Source: Candidatus Omnitrophota bacterium
Lineage (GTDB): Bacteria > Omnitrophota > Gorgyraeia > Gygaellales > Profunditerraquicolaceae
DNA: 64,000 nt
Direction: 5' to 3'
Assembly (NCBI GenBank): GCA_018825985.1
Contig: JAHKAP010000024.1
Coordinates: forward strand, 3,095 to 67,094
Shown: piece after piece, positions 11,301 through 20,354 of the stretch
Numbering within the stretch: position 1 is the stretch's first letter
Layout: the number at the start of each line of letters is the position of its first letter
Notes under the pieces: model-generated
Databases searched by the model: none
Told to the model about the DNA's origin: nothing
Seen by the model: only the letters and a program-made list of their open reading frames with translations
Translations under genes and position numbers: made by a program

Positions 11301-11502
11301 CCGCCTTATTGGTAAAGGTAATAGCCAAGATATTATTCAGGGGGATATTTTTTAAATCAAGGGCGGGATTGATAATTAACCGGAGGTAGCGCTGAGCTAA
11401 AGCGTATGTCTTGCCTGATCCGGCAGATGCCTCAACTGTAAGGATATGGGGAAAGGTTAATAAATCATCCGGTTTTGAAGGGGTATGATCGCGGTTATCC
11501 AA
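8386..11502 (-). CDS. addA: AddA-like UvrD helicase with C-terminal nuclease
   Basis: ASAGSGKT, DEFQDT, GDKKQAIYRFRG, TIHKAKGLEF, C-terminal RIDRL...DYKS. Confidence 0.88.
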   Translation of the reverse strand: MDNRDHTPSKPDDLLTFPHILTVEASAGSGKTYALAQRYLRLIINPALDLKNIPLNNILAITFTNKAALEMKERILEFLKKTALDVSSDEFSRKKAFLAMEYLIRNYNYFQVQTIDSFINAILSGCAFKLGLSSNFKVRTDYRDYLAYSLDELIDRSVSSKEVKEAFRSFLKQYLYIDNRLGWFPKKEVLGVIQGFFSQSNKYGIKFSASRIRPEDLIIKKKHILKLLNKLENILPPETNANFTHSLRSFLEENLESFDVDDLSVFFARPEFPIRKGEEVPDEVALIWEGITTNIRQLCEIESLYVFNSYIVIFNLALEDLKVISCKEDILFLESMNKEAGMLFSEKALSPPELYYRLATRLRHFLIDEFQDTSVLQWKNLYPMIEEALSTGGSLFYVGDKKQAIYRFRGGEVTLMDSVKKELGQFKVFENSLLKNFRSAKTIVEFNNHIFSADNLTRFLTQREESGKSSLKLSPQDKNDIIAVFKGSGQSYQEEKSGGYVKVELIDVENKIDREERIKEKLCGLLKDLTLEFHYQDIAILARENEEVKLLSEWVLALGIPVESEKTLNIRENRYIKELVSLLKFLNSPIDNLSFASFILGDIFSTAGKIPAEKIQNFLFNLRDKKTEEKGYLYREFRREFPGAWEELFDEFFKNAGFTPLYELMIKIIDKFKVLGSFPEYQGFFMHFLELIKKQEAEVPGIAGFLGYFERLPEEDLYVNISGVESVKILTIHKAKGLEFAVVIIPFLEINVQADNDVVYPDNDLLKLIRLKRRYASFSPTLEMAYRKEYKLALLDELNNIYVAFTRAIEELYVFIPGRSRAQVNPAILLFPDVGLEKGLRSEGIARVVPAPKALGPSIPIPVSEYRDWIDLMKEEFIDIGLLRSRDKALIGEALHHILSFIGDLTGEDNKKIVDSAIEKAGFKYPFISDSAYYKESVLRLLEDKKFRDFFESYGCRVYPEKELVDRFGNTKRIDRLLLNKNKAVIIDYKSSREEPAAADYQGQVKEYMKIIKDIYPELKVEGYLIYLDEPSLEEVNG

Positions 11503-11508
11503 TTATCG

Positions 11509-12912
11509 CTATTTAAGCTCTGTGGTATTGGCAGTGCTATTATCGGAGGAAACTTCAGCTGTTTTAGAAGCTTTTTCCTTAAACATTCCCTCGACTGATT
11601 GTTTAAATTCCTGGCCAACCTCAAAAGTTCCGTTTATCACCGCTTTGGTCAGGTCAGTGGCGCTTTTAAACACACCCTGGATGATCTTAGTCGGAGCCAT
11701 GATTATAGTTTCCGGCTGTAAACCATCGCCTTTCCTGGCCTGAGTCAGCTTCTCCTCAAAAGCAAGGCGGATATTGCTAAAATCAAACTGCGGGCTGTCC
11801 ATCTTAGTCTTAACCGTGAAATTTATAGCCACATTCCCCTGATTCGATGCCCTGAATATATTCAATACCGCGTGGGCGATCTTCTCCGCCTTTAACTCCT
11901 CTTCCTCAGCAGAGCGGGGCTTAAAGACAATATCGCTTAAGACCAATTGGCACTGGGCAGTCAAATCATTATTTAAACTCTGGATATTACTGTTAAAATT
12001 AAGCTTGGCTTTTTCGATTCTGGCTTTCTCCAGGTCAACCCAATTGGAATAATACGGATAAAATACGATCCCATTGAGGCCTTCGATCTTTAAAGTAGCC
12101 TGCATATCTTTCTTAAGTATATTGATCCAGCCTTCAAGATTGATGCTGCCATTATCCTTTTCTGCCTGCCAGGGGATCTTTCCTCTTAATTCAAAGTTTA
12201 TCAAGCTGGACTTACGGACAGGAAATTCCAGGTTCTCAATGACTATATTAAGTTTATCCACGGCCAACATTACTTCTTTTCCCTCAATACTCCTGTCAAT
12301 AAAATTCAATGTACCATCCTCCAGAGACATCCTTTTGACAAAAAAGCGCGAGATTGGTATAAATCTTATTTTTTTTGCGGGAGCCAAAGAAGTTACGTTC
12401 TGGATTAAAGAAATATTCGCGTTTGCCTGGGGCAGGTTCGCGGTTAAAGAAATATTGATCGTTTCATTAACAGTTGAGGCAGGATTAGTAACAGCCGCTT
12501 GGTCAAATACAATTGTCTGATTGATCGGAGTAGCCTGATTATTAACCGTAGGTACAAATTTCGGAGCCGGCGGATTCGGGGCTTTTTTCTTTAAAGGATT
12601 CTCGATATTAATCGCCAGCCGCTTAAATTTAAGTTCGGAAAAAGTAAAATCTTTACGAAAAATATCAAAGGCCCCGCTTTTGACGTTAACCTTATCTATC
12701 CTGAATAATCCCTTTACTTCAACATTCTTAATAAGCAGGTTATAAGGTAAATAGGCCTTAAGGCTGCCAATCGTGACTTCCCTGCCGAATAAATCCCGAA
12801 GTTTATTGATTAAAATTGGTTTACCTTTGATATTAACAAAGGTATGTAAAACAGTGGTCCCTAAAATCAAAATTATCAGGAGGACCAAAAGTAACTTTAC
12901 CTGCAGCCTCAT
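11509..12912 (-). CDS. AsmA/DUF748-like membrane-anchored beta-rich protein
   Basis: N-terminal TM anchor followed by amphipathic beta-strand pattern and a low-complexity P/A/N/T linker. Confidence 0.6.
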   Translation of the reverse strand: MRLQVKLLLVLLIILILGTTVLHTFVNIKGKPILINKLRDLFGREVTIGSLKAYLPYNLLIKNVEVKGLFRIDKVNVKSGAFDIFRKDFTFSELKFKRLAINIENPLKKKAPNPPAPKFVPTVNNQATPINQTIVFDQAAVTNPASTVNETINISLTANLPQANANISLIQNVTSLAPAKKIRFIPISRFFVKRMSLEDGTLNFIDRSIEGKEVMLAVDKLNIVIENLEFPVRKSSLINFELRGKIPWQAEKDNGSINLEGWINILKKDMQATLKIEGLNGIVFYPYYSNWVDLEKARIEKAKLNFNSNIQSLNNDLTAQCQLVLSDIVFKPRSAEEEELKAEKIAHAVLNIFRASNQGNVAINFTVKTKMDSPQFDFSNIRLAFEEKLTQARKGDGLQPETIIMAPTKIIQGVFKSATDLTKAVINGTFEVGQEFKQSVEGMFKEKASKTAEVSSDNSTANTTELK

Positions 12913-12941
12913 AAAACCCTTTCTCTTCTTTAGAAATTTAA

Positions 12942-13015
12942 CGCGCCTGGCGTGATTCGAACACGCGACCCTCGGCTTAGAAGGCAGATGCTCTATCCAC
13001 CTGAGCTACAGGCGC
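12942..13015 (-). tRNA. tRNA-Arg(UCU)
   Basis: GCGCCTG acceptor stem, AGCTCAGGTGGATAGAGC D arm, CTTCTAA anticodon loop, GTTCGAATC T loop; CCA not encoded. Confidence 0.93.
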
Positions 13016-13097
13016 ATTATTCTATTTGTTTCCGCCGTGTGGTGAGCGCAGCCAAACCACAGGCTATCCATCTTATTTCGGGAACATCCCAAAGAAA

Positions 13098-13829
13098 CTA
13101 TGGGCAACCAGCTTCCATCTTAGCACACAAGGAAATTTGACCCTGAGCCGCAAGAGTAACCCATCCTGCAGGACAAGTAGGGGCAGTGTACCCACTTAAA
13201 GTAATCTTGCCTGTTGAACCTAAAGCATTGCCACAAAATTGGATACTTCCATTAACACTTAGCTTCTCATGCGGACTCAGTGTCCCGATGCCGACTTTGC
13301 CTCCGGTTGTTATATTCATTCTATTAACCCCGGCTGTAAAAAAATTCAAATTGGTATTAGAGGCAAGCATCATATCATTTCCATCGCCGCTTACTGCATT
13401 CCCGCCCACAAAACCGATATAGGAGGCGCTAGCAGAATTTTTGAAACTGATACGTGGCGTATTAGCAAGACCAGCTGAAGGGCTCTCCAGTAAAAGATTT
13501 GCACCGTTATAGCTTAAAATGTGAAGGTTTGCTATCGGACTCGGTGTCCCGATGCCGACGTTGCCCTCCACCACCAAATCCGCATTAGCATTGATTGTAT
13601 TTGTGCACGTCCCCTCCCAGCAATATGCGCTCCCATCAAAATAATTATCTCCGATTGCTATGCGCTTTGCCCGCAGTTCTTTATAACTTCCATACGGCGA
13701 AGGGTAATAAGAAGTAATGGTAATGGTCTCTTCAGCCAAAGCTAAGGGATAATATAGAAGGATTAAAAGAAGTATAATAAAAAAACTTAATAAACCTTCC
13801 AAGACTATCCTGTTTATAAGCCTGGCCAT
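13098..13829 (-). CDS. Secreted fibre/adhesin-like protein (YYPSPYG N-terminal motif, GNVGIGT repeats), 243 aa
   Basis: ATG at 13829 with GGGGGAG SD; signal/TM segment ending ALA-EE; GNVGIGT and GKVGIGT repeats; Cys-containing C-terminal tip. Confidence 0.65.
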   Translation of the reverse strand: MARLINRIVLEGLLSFFIILLLILLYYPLALAEETITITSYYPSPYGSYKELRAKRIAIGDNYFDGSAYCWEGTCTNTINANADLVVEGNVGIGTPSPIANLHILSYNGANLLLESPSAGLANTPRISFKNSASASYIGFVGGNAVSGDGNDMMLASNTNLNFFTAGVNRMNITTGGKVGIGTLSPHEKLSVNGSIQFCGNALGSTGKITLSGYTAPTCPAGWVTLAAQGQISLCAKMEAGCP

Positions 13830-13851
13830 ATTACTCCCCCTTGTCTGATTA

Positions 13852-13926
13852 TCGGGGCGGACAGATTTGAACTGTCGACCTCTTGCTCCCAAAGCAAGCG
13901 CTCTAGCCAAACTGAGCCACGCCCCG
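13852..13926 (-). tRNA. tRNA-Pro(UGG)
   Basis: CGGGGCG acceptor stem, CTTGC-TTTGGGA-GCAAG anticodon arm, GTTCAAATC T loop. Confidence 0.95.
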
Positions 13927-13973
13927 CCCTTTTGGTAACGGTATTATCTAAGTTCATACCAAAAGGGCGGGGC
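13921..13973. repeat. Perfect 17-bp inverted repeat overlapping the tRNA-Pro 5' end
   Basis: gccccgcccttttggta (13921-13937) and taccaaaagggcggggc (13957-13973); related element at 57400-57449. Confidence 0.8.
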
Positions 13974-14004
13974 ACGCCCCACAAACCCTCTTGGTAAAAT
14001 TATC

Positions 14005-14262
14005 CTAGATAGATAAACTATACTTCAACCTTTTTTTTAGATGGCCTATTACACTACCATGATGCTTAAGTTTATGCTCACGGACCAAAGCATCTTCCTT
14101 ATTCCTGTAAGCTTCGTAATAAACAAACTCCAATGGTACATAAAACTTAGTAGATTCAACTACTCCTCTATTATGCTCTAATATTCTCCTGTTTAAATCC
14201 GGAGTACTCCCGGTATAAATAAAATTGTGATTTTCACTTTTTAATATGTAAACAAAGTACAT
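14005..14262 (-). CDS. Small GIY-YIG nuclease (UPF0213-like)
   Basis: YFVYILKS...YTGST..L.RR..EHN.G...REHKLK. Confidence 0.9.
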   Translation of the reverse strand: MYFVYILKSENHNFIYTGSTPDLNRRILEHNRGVVESTKFYVPLEFVYYEAYRNKEDALVREHKLKHHGSVIGHLKKRLKYSLSI

Positions 14263-14289
14263 GCTGGCAATAATAGTGTTATACTTTTA

Positions 14290-15351
14290 CTACTTACTAT
14301 ACGCACAAACGCAATTCTTGCCTTTTTGTTTGGCTTCCTTTAAAACTAAAAGCAGGCGCTGGATCAACTCTTCGCTGGTAATGCCGATCTTATGTTCAAC
14401 CACGCCTATGCTTACAGTAAGCCGTTCCAAACCTAAGGGGGACTTTCTCTGGGAGTCATCAGTAAAAACCGAAGCAGCCACTTTTTCTCGTATCCTCTCA
14501 GCGGTAAAAACAGCCTCTTTACGCTTGGTCTCAGGCAGAATTATAGCAAATTCCTCAGGGCCGTAGCGGCTTACAAAATCAACGAGCCTTCGGCTATCCT
14601 TGATTATCATGCCTACCTGCTGTAAGACACTGTCTCCTCCCGCATAACCGTGTATCTGATTATAATTAGAAAAATTATCTATATCAATCATTAAAATTGC
14701 CAAGGGCCTGGAATAACGCTCAGCCCGGTAGATCTCCTCCTGTAATTGCTCATGAAAATAACGGTGGTTAGCCAAGTTAGTCAGCGGGTCGGTCCGGGAA
14801 AGGCTCTTATTCCGGTCGGATAAACGGATGTTCTCGATATAAAGCGCCAGGTGCTGGCTGATAAAATTAATAGTCTTTAAATCATTCTCGCTGAACGAAT
14901 ATTTATTTTTTTTATCAGTTAGGCTAAGCACCCCTACGACCTTATTCCTGGTCTTGAGGGGGACGATAAGAAAAGAGCTGGTTAGATACCTGGAGAGCCT
15001 TTGTTCGCCTAATTCCGGAAATTCTTCCCGCACGTTCTTGACTAGGAACGGAACGCCTTCTTTAGCTACTCTTCCGGCAAAAGATTCACCAAGTTTTATA
15101 GATGCTTTTGCCAATGAAGGATCCAGTCCGAGGGCTGCTTTAAGATATAATTCTCCTCTGGTTTCGTCGATCAGCATACAGGAGACCCGGTTGATGTTAA
15201 ATAACTCGCCTATCTTTTTAACAAAAGCAGCGATTATCCCGTCGATATCAGTAACCGAATTAATAGATTCAATGTAATTGCAGATTTCCAGGACCAAATC
15301 AAAAATATGTTCATTGGAGATTAAGCTATTGTTTATTTTTTCTTTAGCCAT
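14290..15351 (-). CDS. GAF-GGDEF protein with variant GPEEF active-site motif
   Basis: GAF domain, TDPLTNLAN, DIDNF, RLVD I-site, RYGPEEF. Confidence 0.85.
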   Translation of the reverse strand: MAKEKINNSLISNEHIFDLVLEICNYIESINSVTDIDGIIAAFVKKIGELFNINRVSCMLIDETRGELYLKAALGLDPSLAKASIKLGESFAGRVAKEGVPFLVKNVREEFPELGEQRLSRYLTSSFLIVPLKTRNKVVGVLSLTDKKNKYSFSENDLKTINFISQHLALYIENIRLSDRNKSLSRTDPLTNLANHRYFHEQLQEEIYRAERYSRPLAILMIDIDNFSNYNQIHGYAGGDSVLQQVGMIIKDSRRLVDFVSRYGPEEFAIILPETKRKEAVFTAERIREKVAASVFTDDSQRKSPLGLERLTVSIGVVEHKIGITSEELIQRLLLVLKEAKQKGKNCVCAYSK

Positions 15352-15994
15352 AGCCGCCTCCTTTCGCTGCCTTTTTTAAAATATAACATTGCCCCTTATT
15401 CTTTAAATACCCGGCAATGATTTTTTCCGCTTTTTTTAAGGCTAAATACCGGTGGCTCATCTTATGTTTAATTTTTGGCCCTAATTGGGCAAAGGTCTTT
15501 TTATATTTAGGAATAATGAATACCGGATCATACCCGAAACCATAATCTCCGCGCGGTTTAAAACCGATCCGGCCGAAACACCTGCATTCTACTGAACCGA
15601 TAAGCTTTCCGGCGTCCGCAATAGCCACAGCGCAGGAATAATGAGCCCTTCTTTTACTAAGCGGTAAATTTCCCAATAATTTAAGGACCTTCTGATTATT
15701 TAGTGCATCACTTTTATTTTTGCCGGAGAAGCGCGCGGAATACACCCCCGGCTTCCCGCCTAAAGCATTGATACACAGCCCTGAGTCCTCGCCCAGGGTC
15801 AACTTTCCATTAAACCGGGAGATCTTGAGCGCTTTTTTAATAGCATTATCCCGGAAAGTCACGCCGTTTTCAACAATCTTAGGCGCAAATGAATAATCAA
15901 CCAGAGAAGTTATCTTTAAATCCAACCCTTTTAAAATCTCCCTGATCTCCTCCAGCTTTTTTTTATTTTGCGTCGCGATTACTAACTCTTTCAT
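15344..15994 (-). CDS. rdgB: XTP/dITP diphosphatase
   Basis: [24 protein letters not shown]. Confidence 0.95.
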   Translation of the reverse strand: MKELVIATQNKKKLEEIREILKGLDLKITSLVDYSFAPKIVENGVTFRDNAIKKALKISRFNGKLTLGEDSGLCINALGGKPGVYSARFSGKNKSDALNNQKVLKLLGNLPLSKRRAHYSCAVAIADAGKLIGSVECRCFGRIGFKPRGDYGFGYDPVFIIPKYKKTFAQLGPKIKHKMSHRYLALKKAEKIIAGYLKNKGQCYILKKAAKGGGYG

Positions 15995-16704
15995 ATGGCG
16001 TCTTTAAGCAGGTCTTTTTGAATTCCGATCAGGTCCATTATGCCCTTTTTTGCCAAATCCAGAAGTTTATCCATCTGCTCACGGTTAAAAGGCCTTCTTT
16101 CAGCAGTCCCCTGGATCTCGATAAATTCTCCGCTGGAAGTCATTACCACGTTCATATCCACTTCAGCCTTTGAATCTTCCTCATAGTTCAAATCAAGAAG
16201 CGCGGTCTTCTGAATGATCCCCACGCTGGTAGCGGCAACGAAATCTCTTATCGGGATATCACCGATCGAGCCGGCTTTCTTTAATTTATTTAAAGCATCT
16301 ACTAAAGCGATAAAGCTTCCGGTGATCGAAGCAGTGCGCGTGCCGCCGTCACCCTGGATCACGTCGCAATCGATCCAGATCGTTCTTTCGCCCATCTTGT
16401 TAGTATCGGTTACTGTACGTAAAGAACGGCCGATCAAGCGCTGGATTTCATAGGTCCGGCCGGAATCCTTGCCCCGGGGTATCCTGGACTGGCAGGAACG
16501 GGGAAGCATGCCATATTCCGAAGTAACCCAGCCTTTGCCGGAGTTTTTTAAAAAAGGCGGTACGCTATCTTCAACCGAAGCTGTACAGATCACCTTGGTA
16601 TTTCCCAGCTCGATCAAACAGGAACCTTCGGCGTATTTTAAATAATTCCTGGTTATCCTGACCTTTCTTAAAGAATCTGCTTCCCTGCCGTCTAAACGAA
16701 CCAT
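15991..16704 (-). CDS. rph: Ribonuclease PH
   Basis: [30 protein letters not shown]. Confidence 0.97.
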   Translation of the reverse strand: MVRLDGREADSLRKVRITRNYLKYAEGSCLIELGNTKVICTASVEDSVPPFLKNSGKGWVTSEYGMLPRSCQSRIPRGKDSGRTYEIQRLIGRSLRTVTDTNKMGERTIWIDCDVIQGDGGTRTASITGSFIALVDALNKLKKAGSIGDIPIRDFVAATSVGIIQKTALLDLNYEEDSKAEVDMNVVMTSSGEFIEIQGTAERRPFNREQMDKLLDLAKKGIMDLIGIQKDLLKDAI

Positions 16705-16725
16705 GCAATTCCTCGCTTTCTTTAT

Positions 16726-17262
16726 TTAGTAAACGCTGTTTCCTTTTGAATCTATGCCCACGATCAAGGGAAAATCCTCTACTTCCAATTTATAAACCGC
16801 CTCCGGGCCCAGATCAGCATAAGCGGCGATCCCGGCTTTCTTAATATACTTATTCAATAAAGCTCCGCATCCGGCAAAGGTTAAAAAATATACTCCTTTA
16901 TATTTTCTTATCGCCTGCCTTACTTCCAAAGAGCGCTTGCCCTTACCGATCATACCGGATAATCCGCACTTAAGTAAAATAGGAGTAAATGCATCCATAC
17001 GCGAACTAGTGGTTGGCCCGCAGGAGCCTATAATTTTACCTTTAGGAGTTTTTGCCGGGCCGCAATAATAAATTACTGCTCCCCTGATATCAAAAGGCAT
17101 TTCTTTGCCTCTATCTCCACCTATACCTTTACCTAGGGCACTTACCAATCTCTTATGCGCCTGATCCCTGGCAGTATAAATAATACCGTTAAGAAAAACT
17201 TCTTCTCCGGCTTTTAATTTATTAATCTCTTTTTTTTCTAACGGTAAATTTATCTTTTTCAT
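16726..17262 (-). CDS. Fe-S fumarate/tartrate hydro-lyase beta subunit
   Basis: TARDQAH, GPTTSSRM, IGKG; start placed at MKKINL (ATGA overlap with the alpha-subunit stop). Confidence 0.9.
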   Translation of the reverse strand: MKKINLPLEKKEINKLKAGEEVFLNGIIYTARDQAHKRLVSALGKGIGGDRGKEMPFDIRGAVIYYCGPAKTPKGKIIGSCGPTTSSRMDAFTPILLKCGLSGMIGKGKRSLEVRQAIRKYKGVYFLTFAGCGALLNKYIKKAGIAAYADLGPEAVYKLEVEDFPLIVGIDSKGNSVY

Positions 17263-18104
17263 AGAATCACGCTGGAGCTCCTTAAGGCATGGCAACTGAT
17301 ATTTACCGCCACCGGTAATCCGGCGATATGAGTAGGATAAGTTTCGATGTTGACTGCCAAACAAGTAGTTTTACCCCCTAAACCCATTGGGCCGATGTTC
17401 AATCTGTTAATCTCCTTGAATAAGTCCCTTTCTAATTTAACCACATTAGCCTGGAGCCTGCCTGCCGGCGAAGCCCGAAGGCTTCTTAGCAGGGCTTTCT
17501 TAGCCAGAAGACAAGCGTAATCAGCTGAACCGCCGATGCCCACCCCCACTACATACGGCGGACAAGCATCCGGCCCGGCAGTTTTTACCGCGTCTAAAAT
17601 AAATTTCCTGATATCCGTTATTTCAGTTGTAGGCAAAAACATTTTTAACTGGGTTTTATTCTCACAGCCAAAACCTTTAGGCAAAACCGTTAATTTTAAT
17701 TTATTCCCAGGTGCCAAATCTACATATATTAAAGCCGGAAGATAACCGGATTTTCCCCTGATTAACGGATCTTTAATAATAGAATTCCTGAAAGACCCTT
17801 TTTTATAGCCTAGCTCCACTCCCTTATTGATGGCTTTATTTAGATCGCCCTTTATCTTTACATCCTGGCCAAGTTCCAAAAATACACAAGGCAGGCCCGT
17901 ATCCTGGCATATCGCTAATTTCTCCTTTTCAGCTGCCGCGGCATTCTTAATAATCGCATCCAGGATTTTCCCGGCCCTTTTATCCGTTTCATTTTTATAA
18001 GCCAATTTTAAAGCCGCCAAAACATCTTTTCTTAAGACTAAATTTGCCCTAAGGCACAGATCTGCCACTGTATTCTTAATTTTTTCAGCGGATATTATCT
18101 TCAT
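17259..18104 (-). CDS. Fe-S fumarate/tartrate hydro-lyase alpha subunit
   Basis: ICQDTG, PKGFGCEN, ACPP..VGVGIGG, PTHIAGLPVAVNISCHA. Confidence 0.92.
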   Translation of the reverse strand: MKIISAEKIKNTVADLCLRANLVLRKDVLAALKLAYKNETDKRAGKILDAIIKNAAAAEKEKLAICQDTGLPCVFLELGQDVKIKGDLNKAINKGVELGYKKGSFRNSIIKDPLIRGKSGYLPALIYVDLAPGNKLKLTVLPKGFGCENKTQLKMFLPTTEITDIRKFILDAVKTAGPDACPPYVVGVGIGGSADYACLLAKKALLRSLRASPAGRLQANVVKLERDLFKEINRLNIGPMGLGGKTTCLAVNIETYPTHIAGLPVAVNISCHALRSSSVIL

Positions 18105-18142
18105 CTTGGTTTTCCTTTAACCTGAATACTTCCTACTATATA

Positions 18143-18583
18143 CTATCTACTTTTTCTATACTCCCGTAAAACCCGGGTTATTATCCCGCCCCGGGGATTG
18201 AATTCAGTAATAATCTTTGCCCAACGCGGCTTACAGGCCCGGATAAAATCATCCATAATCAGATTAGTCAGATGTTCATGAAATATCCCGACATTGCGGA
18301 AAAAAATCGTATACATCTTTAATGATTTTAATTCAACGCAATGCTTATCCGGAGAATACTCAATTTTTATATTAGCAAAATCCGGCAAACCTGTTTTTGG
18401 ACAGATGCAGGTGAATTCCGGGATATCCAGGCTTATCGTGTAAATCCGATCCGGATATTGGTTCTTCCAAACTTCGATCTCCGGAGTTTTTAATTTCCGG
18501 ACCTTTCCCTGCAATCCCTCATAACTAGACGCATGTCCTTGCGTCCTTAAGTACTTACGACTTCTCATATTATTTGACTCCAA
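18143..18583 (-). CDS. queF: PreQ0 reductase (type I QueF)
   Basis: EFTCICPKTGLPDF, ELKSLK, FHE, PRGG. Confidence 0.93.
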   Translation of the reverse strand: MESNNMRSRKYLRTQGHASSYEGLQGKVRKLKTPEIEVWKNQYPDRIYTISLDIPEFTCICPKTGLPDFANIKIEYSPDKHCVELKSLKMYTIFFRNVGIFHEHLTNLIMDDFIRACKPRWAKIITEFNPRGGIITRVLREYRKSR

Positions 18584-19241
18584 TTATCTTATGCATCTGT
18601 GGTATCAGGCATACACCGATACCCTGTCTAAGGCAGATGGTTTTCAGGTCATCAATTTTTTCATCAAGTGAGCCGCTATCCTCAAAACAATTCGGCTGCA
18701 ATACCAGCCGGATATCAGGCTTAATCTCCTTAATGACCTCCAGGCTTTTTTTAAAATCATCTTCCCCGGTAGAATTACAAATCACCGCCTTTAAGAAAAC
18801 GTCTTTTGCCGAGGCTATCTTCAGGAACTCCCGATGGCTCACCAAGAAATCGCCTGAATTCGTGGAAGACGAAAGTTTAAAATCCATGGCTATAATGTCT
18901 ACATAATCGATCACTTCTTTTAAAGCTTCCGGAAGAGTGCCGTTAGTCTCAAGATAATTTCGAAACCCTTCCTGCTTAGCCAAAATCAATACCTCTTTTA
19001 AAAAATCTTTTTGTAAAAGGGGTTCGCCTCCGGTAAAAGAAATAGAATGATAATTTCCTAAATATGACTTCAACTCGTTTAATAATTCCTGAGATTCATA
19101 TTCACTGAAGTTTTTTAAAGGGGTATCGCAGAATTTACAGGAAAGGTTACAACCAAAGAAACGCACAAATATCTGCCTCTGGCCGGCGTATATCCCTTCA
19201 CCCTGGATGCTTTCGAATATTTCGCTAATCTTACCCTTCAT
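18570..19241 (-). CDS. queE: 7-carboxy-7-deazaguanine synthase (radical SAM)
   Basis: EIFESIQGEG, CNLSCKFCDT, TGGEP, PQMHK; start placed at MKGKI. Confidence 0.93.
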   Translation of the reverse strand: MKGKISEIFESIQGEGIYAGQRQIFVRFFGCNLSCKFCDTPLKNFSEYESQELLNELKSYLGNYHSISFTGGEPLLQKDFLKEVLILAKQEGFRNYLETNGTLPEALKEVIDYVDIIAMDFKLSSSTNSGDFLVSHREFLKIASAKDVFLKAVICNSTGEDDFKKSLEVIKEIKPDIRLVLQPNCFEDSGSLDEKIDDLKTICLRQGIGVCLIPQMHKIIGVK

Positions 19242-19245
19242 AATC

Positions 19246-19334
19246 AGGGACACCCTTGCAATCAATCGGGAGGGTGTCCCCCTCCCATTCTTTAGGGGAC
19301 ACCCTTAGCTTTATCTGCAAGGGTGTCCCTAAGG
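19246..19334. repeat. Cluster of four GGGACACCCT/AGGGTGTCCC REP-like palindromes (two inverted pairs)
   Basis: Copies at about 19246, 19271, 19295 and 19320; the last pair lies inside the queC 3' end. Confidence 0.75.
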
Positions 19335-20005
19335 TTACGCGCTTCTTTAAAACCCTTGGCCCGGTAATAGCAGCTGTCGCATTTACCGCACGGATATTTT
19401 CCGCCGGAATAACAAGACCAGGTTAATTCAAAAGGCACTCCTAAATAACTGCCCAGGCGGATAATTTCAGCCTTAGACTTATTCAATAAAGGAGCGATGA
19501 TCCGGATGCCTTGACCCTGAATTCCCGTTTTAGTCCCAACCTTGGCCGCCCGGTCAAATGCCTTAAAAAACTCCGGACGGCAATCAGGATAACCCGAATA
19601 ATCCTGGGAGTGGGCTCCGATAAAAACCGCTTCGGAACCAATCGCTTCAGCGTAGGACAAAGCAAAACTCAAAAAAATTATATTCCTGGCCGGAACATAG
19701 GTTGAGGGAATAACTTTTTTTTGCTTACCAGTTATAACGTTTTTACGCTTGGGCAGGCTGACCCGTTTGCCCAAAAGAGACGAACCATTCCAAGGCAAGC
19801 TGATCTTCACTATTTTATATCCGCATCCGGCCTTAAGAGCGAGCCTGCGGGCGAAAGATATCTCTTTTATATGCCGCTGGCCATAGTCGAATATAAGGCA
19901 AAACGGTTTAAACCCGCTCTTCCCGGCATAATACAAAGTTACAGCTGAATCCAGCCCGCCGGATAAAAGAACAACAGCCTTAGGAATAAATTTTCTACTC
20001 TTCAT
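19292..20005 (-). CDS. queC: 7-cyano-7-deazaguanine synthase
   Basis: SGGLDS, YVPARN, YPDCR, TWSCY...CGKCDSC. Confidence 0.96.
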   Translation of the reverse strand: MKSRKFIPKAVVLLSGGLDSAVTLYYAGKSGFKPFCLIFDYGQRHIKEISFARRLALKAGCGYKIVKISLPWNGSSLLGKRVSLPKRKNVITGKQKKVIPSTYVPARNIIFLSFALSYAEAIGSEAVFIGAHSQDYSGYPDCRPEFFKAFDRAAKVGTKTGIQGQGIRIIAPLLNKSKAEIIRLGSYLGVPFELTWSCYSGGKYPCGKCDSCYYRAKGFKEARNLRDTLADKAKGVP

Positions 20006-20354
20006 ATATGGCGCAGCTCGCCGGATTCTCCCAGACCGTCACCGAAATCAAACCCGGGATACCTCTCTTCAAGCGATCATAAATATACTTGGCGATATTC
20101 TCCGAGGTAGGATTGACTTTTTTAAAATAAGGGAGTTCATTTAAATACTTATGATCCAATTTTTCCAGGGTATCTCCCAAGACCTTTTTCATATATTTAA
20201 AATCCAGGACAAAACCTATTCTATCTAGCTTAGTTTTCCCGGCAACCGCTTCCACTCTCCAATTATGCCCATGGAGCTCTTCGCATTTTCCCTTATAGCC
20301 CCTTAGATTATGCGCGGAACTAAAACTCGCTTCTACTTTTACTTTATACACCAT
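19995..20354 (-). CDS. queD: 6-carboxytetrahydropterin synthase
   Basis: FSSAH, CEELHGHN, LDH, PTSENIA. Confidence 0.94.
   Translation of the reverse strand: MVYKVKVEASFSSAHNLRGYKGKCEELHGHNWRVEAVAGKTKLDRIGFVLDFKYMKKVLGDTLEKLDHKYLNELPYFKKVNPTSENIAKYIYDRLKRGIPGLISVTVWENPASCAIYEE

Noticed and set aside
12952-13140. 62-aa plus-strand ORF
   Set aside because: Antisense to tRNA-Arg
13830-13910. N-terminal 27 residues of the 270-aa ORF
   Set aside because: Overlap tRNA-Pro; the real start is ATG 13829 with an SD
19246-19334. Mini CRISPR array
   Set aside because: Units are about 11-13 bp, alternate in orientation and have irregular spacing; REP-like
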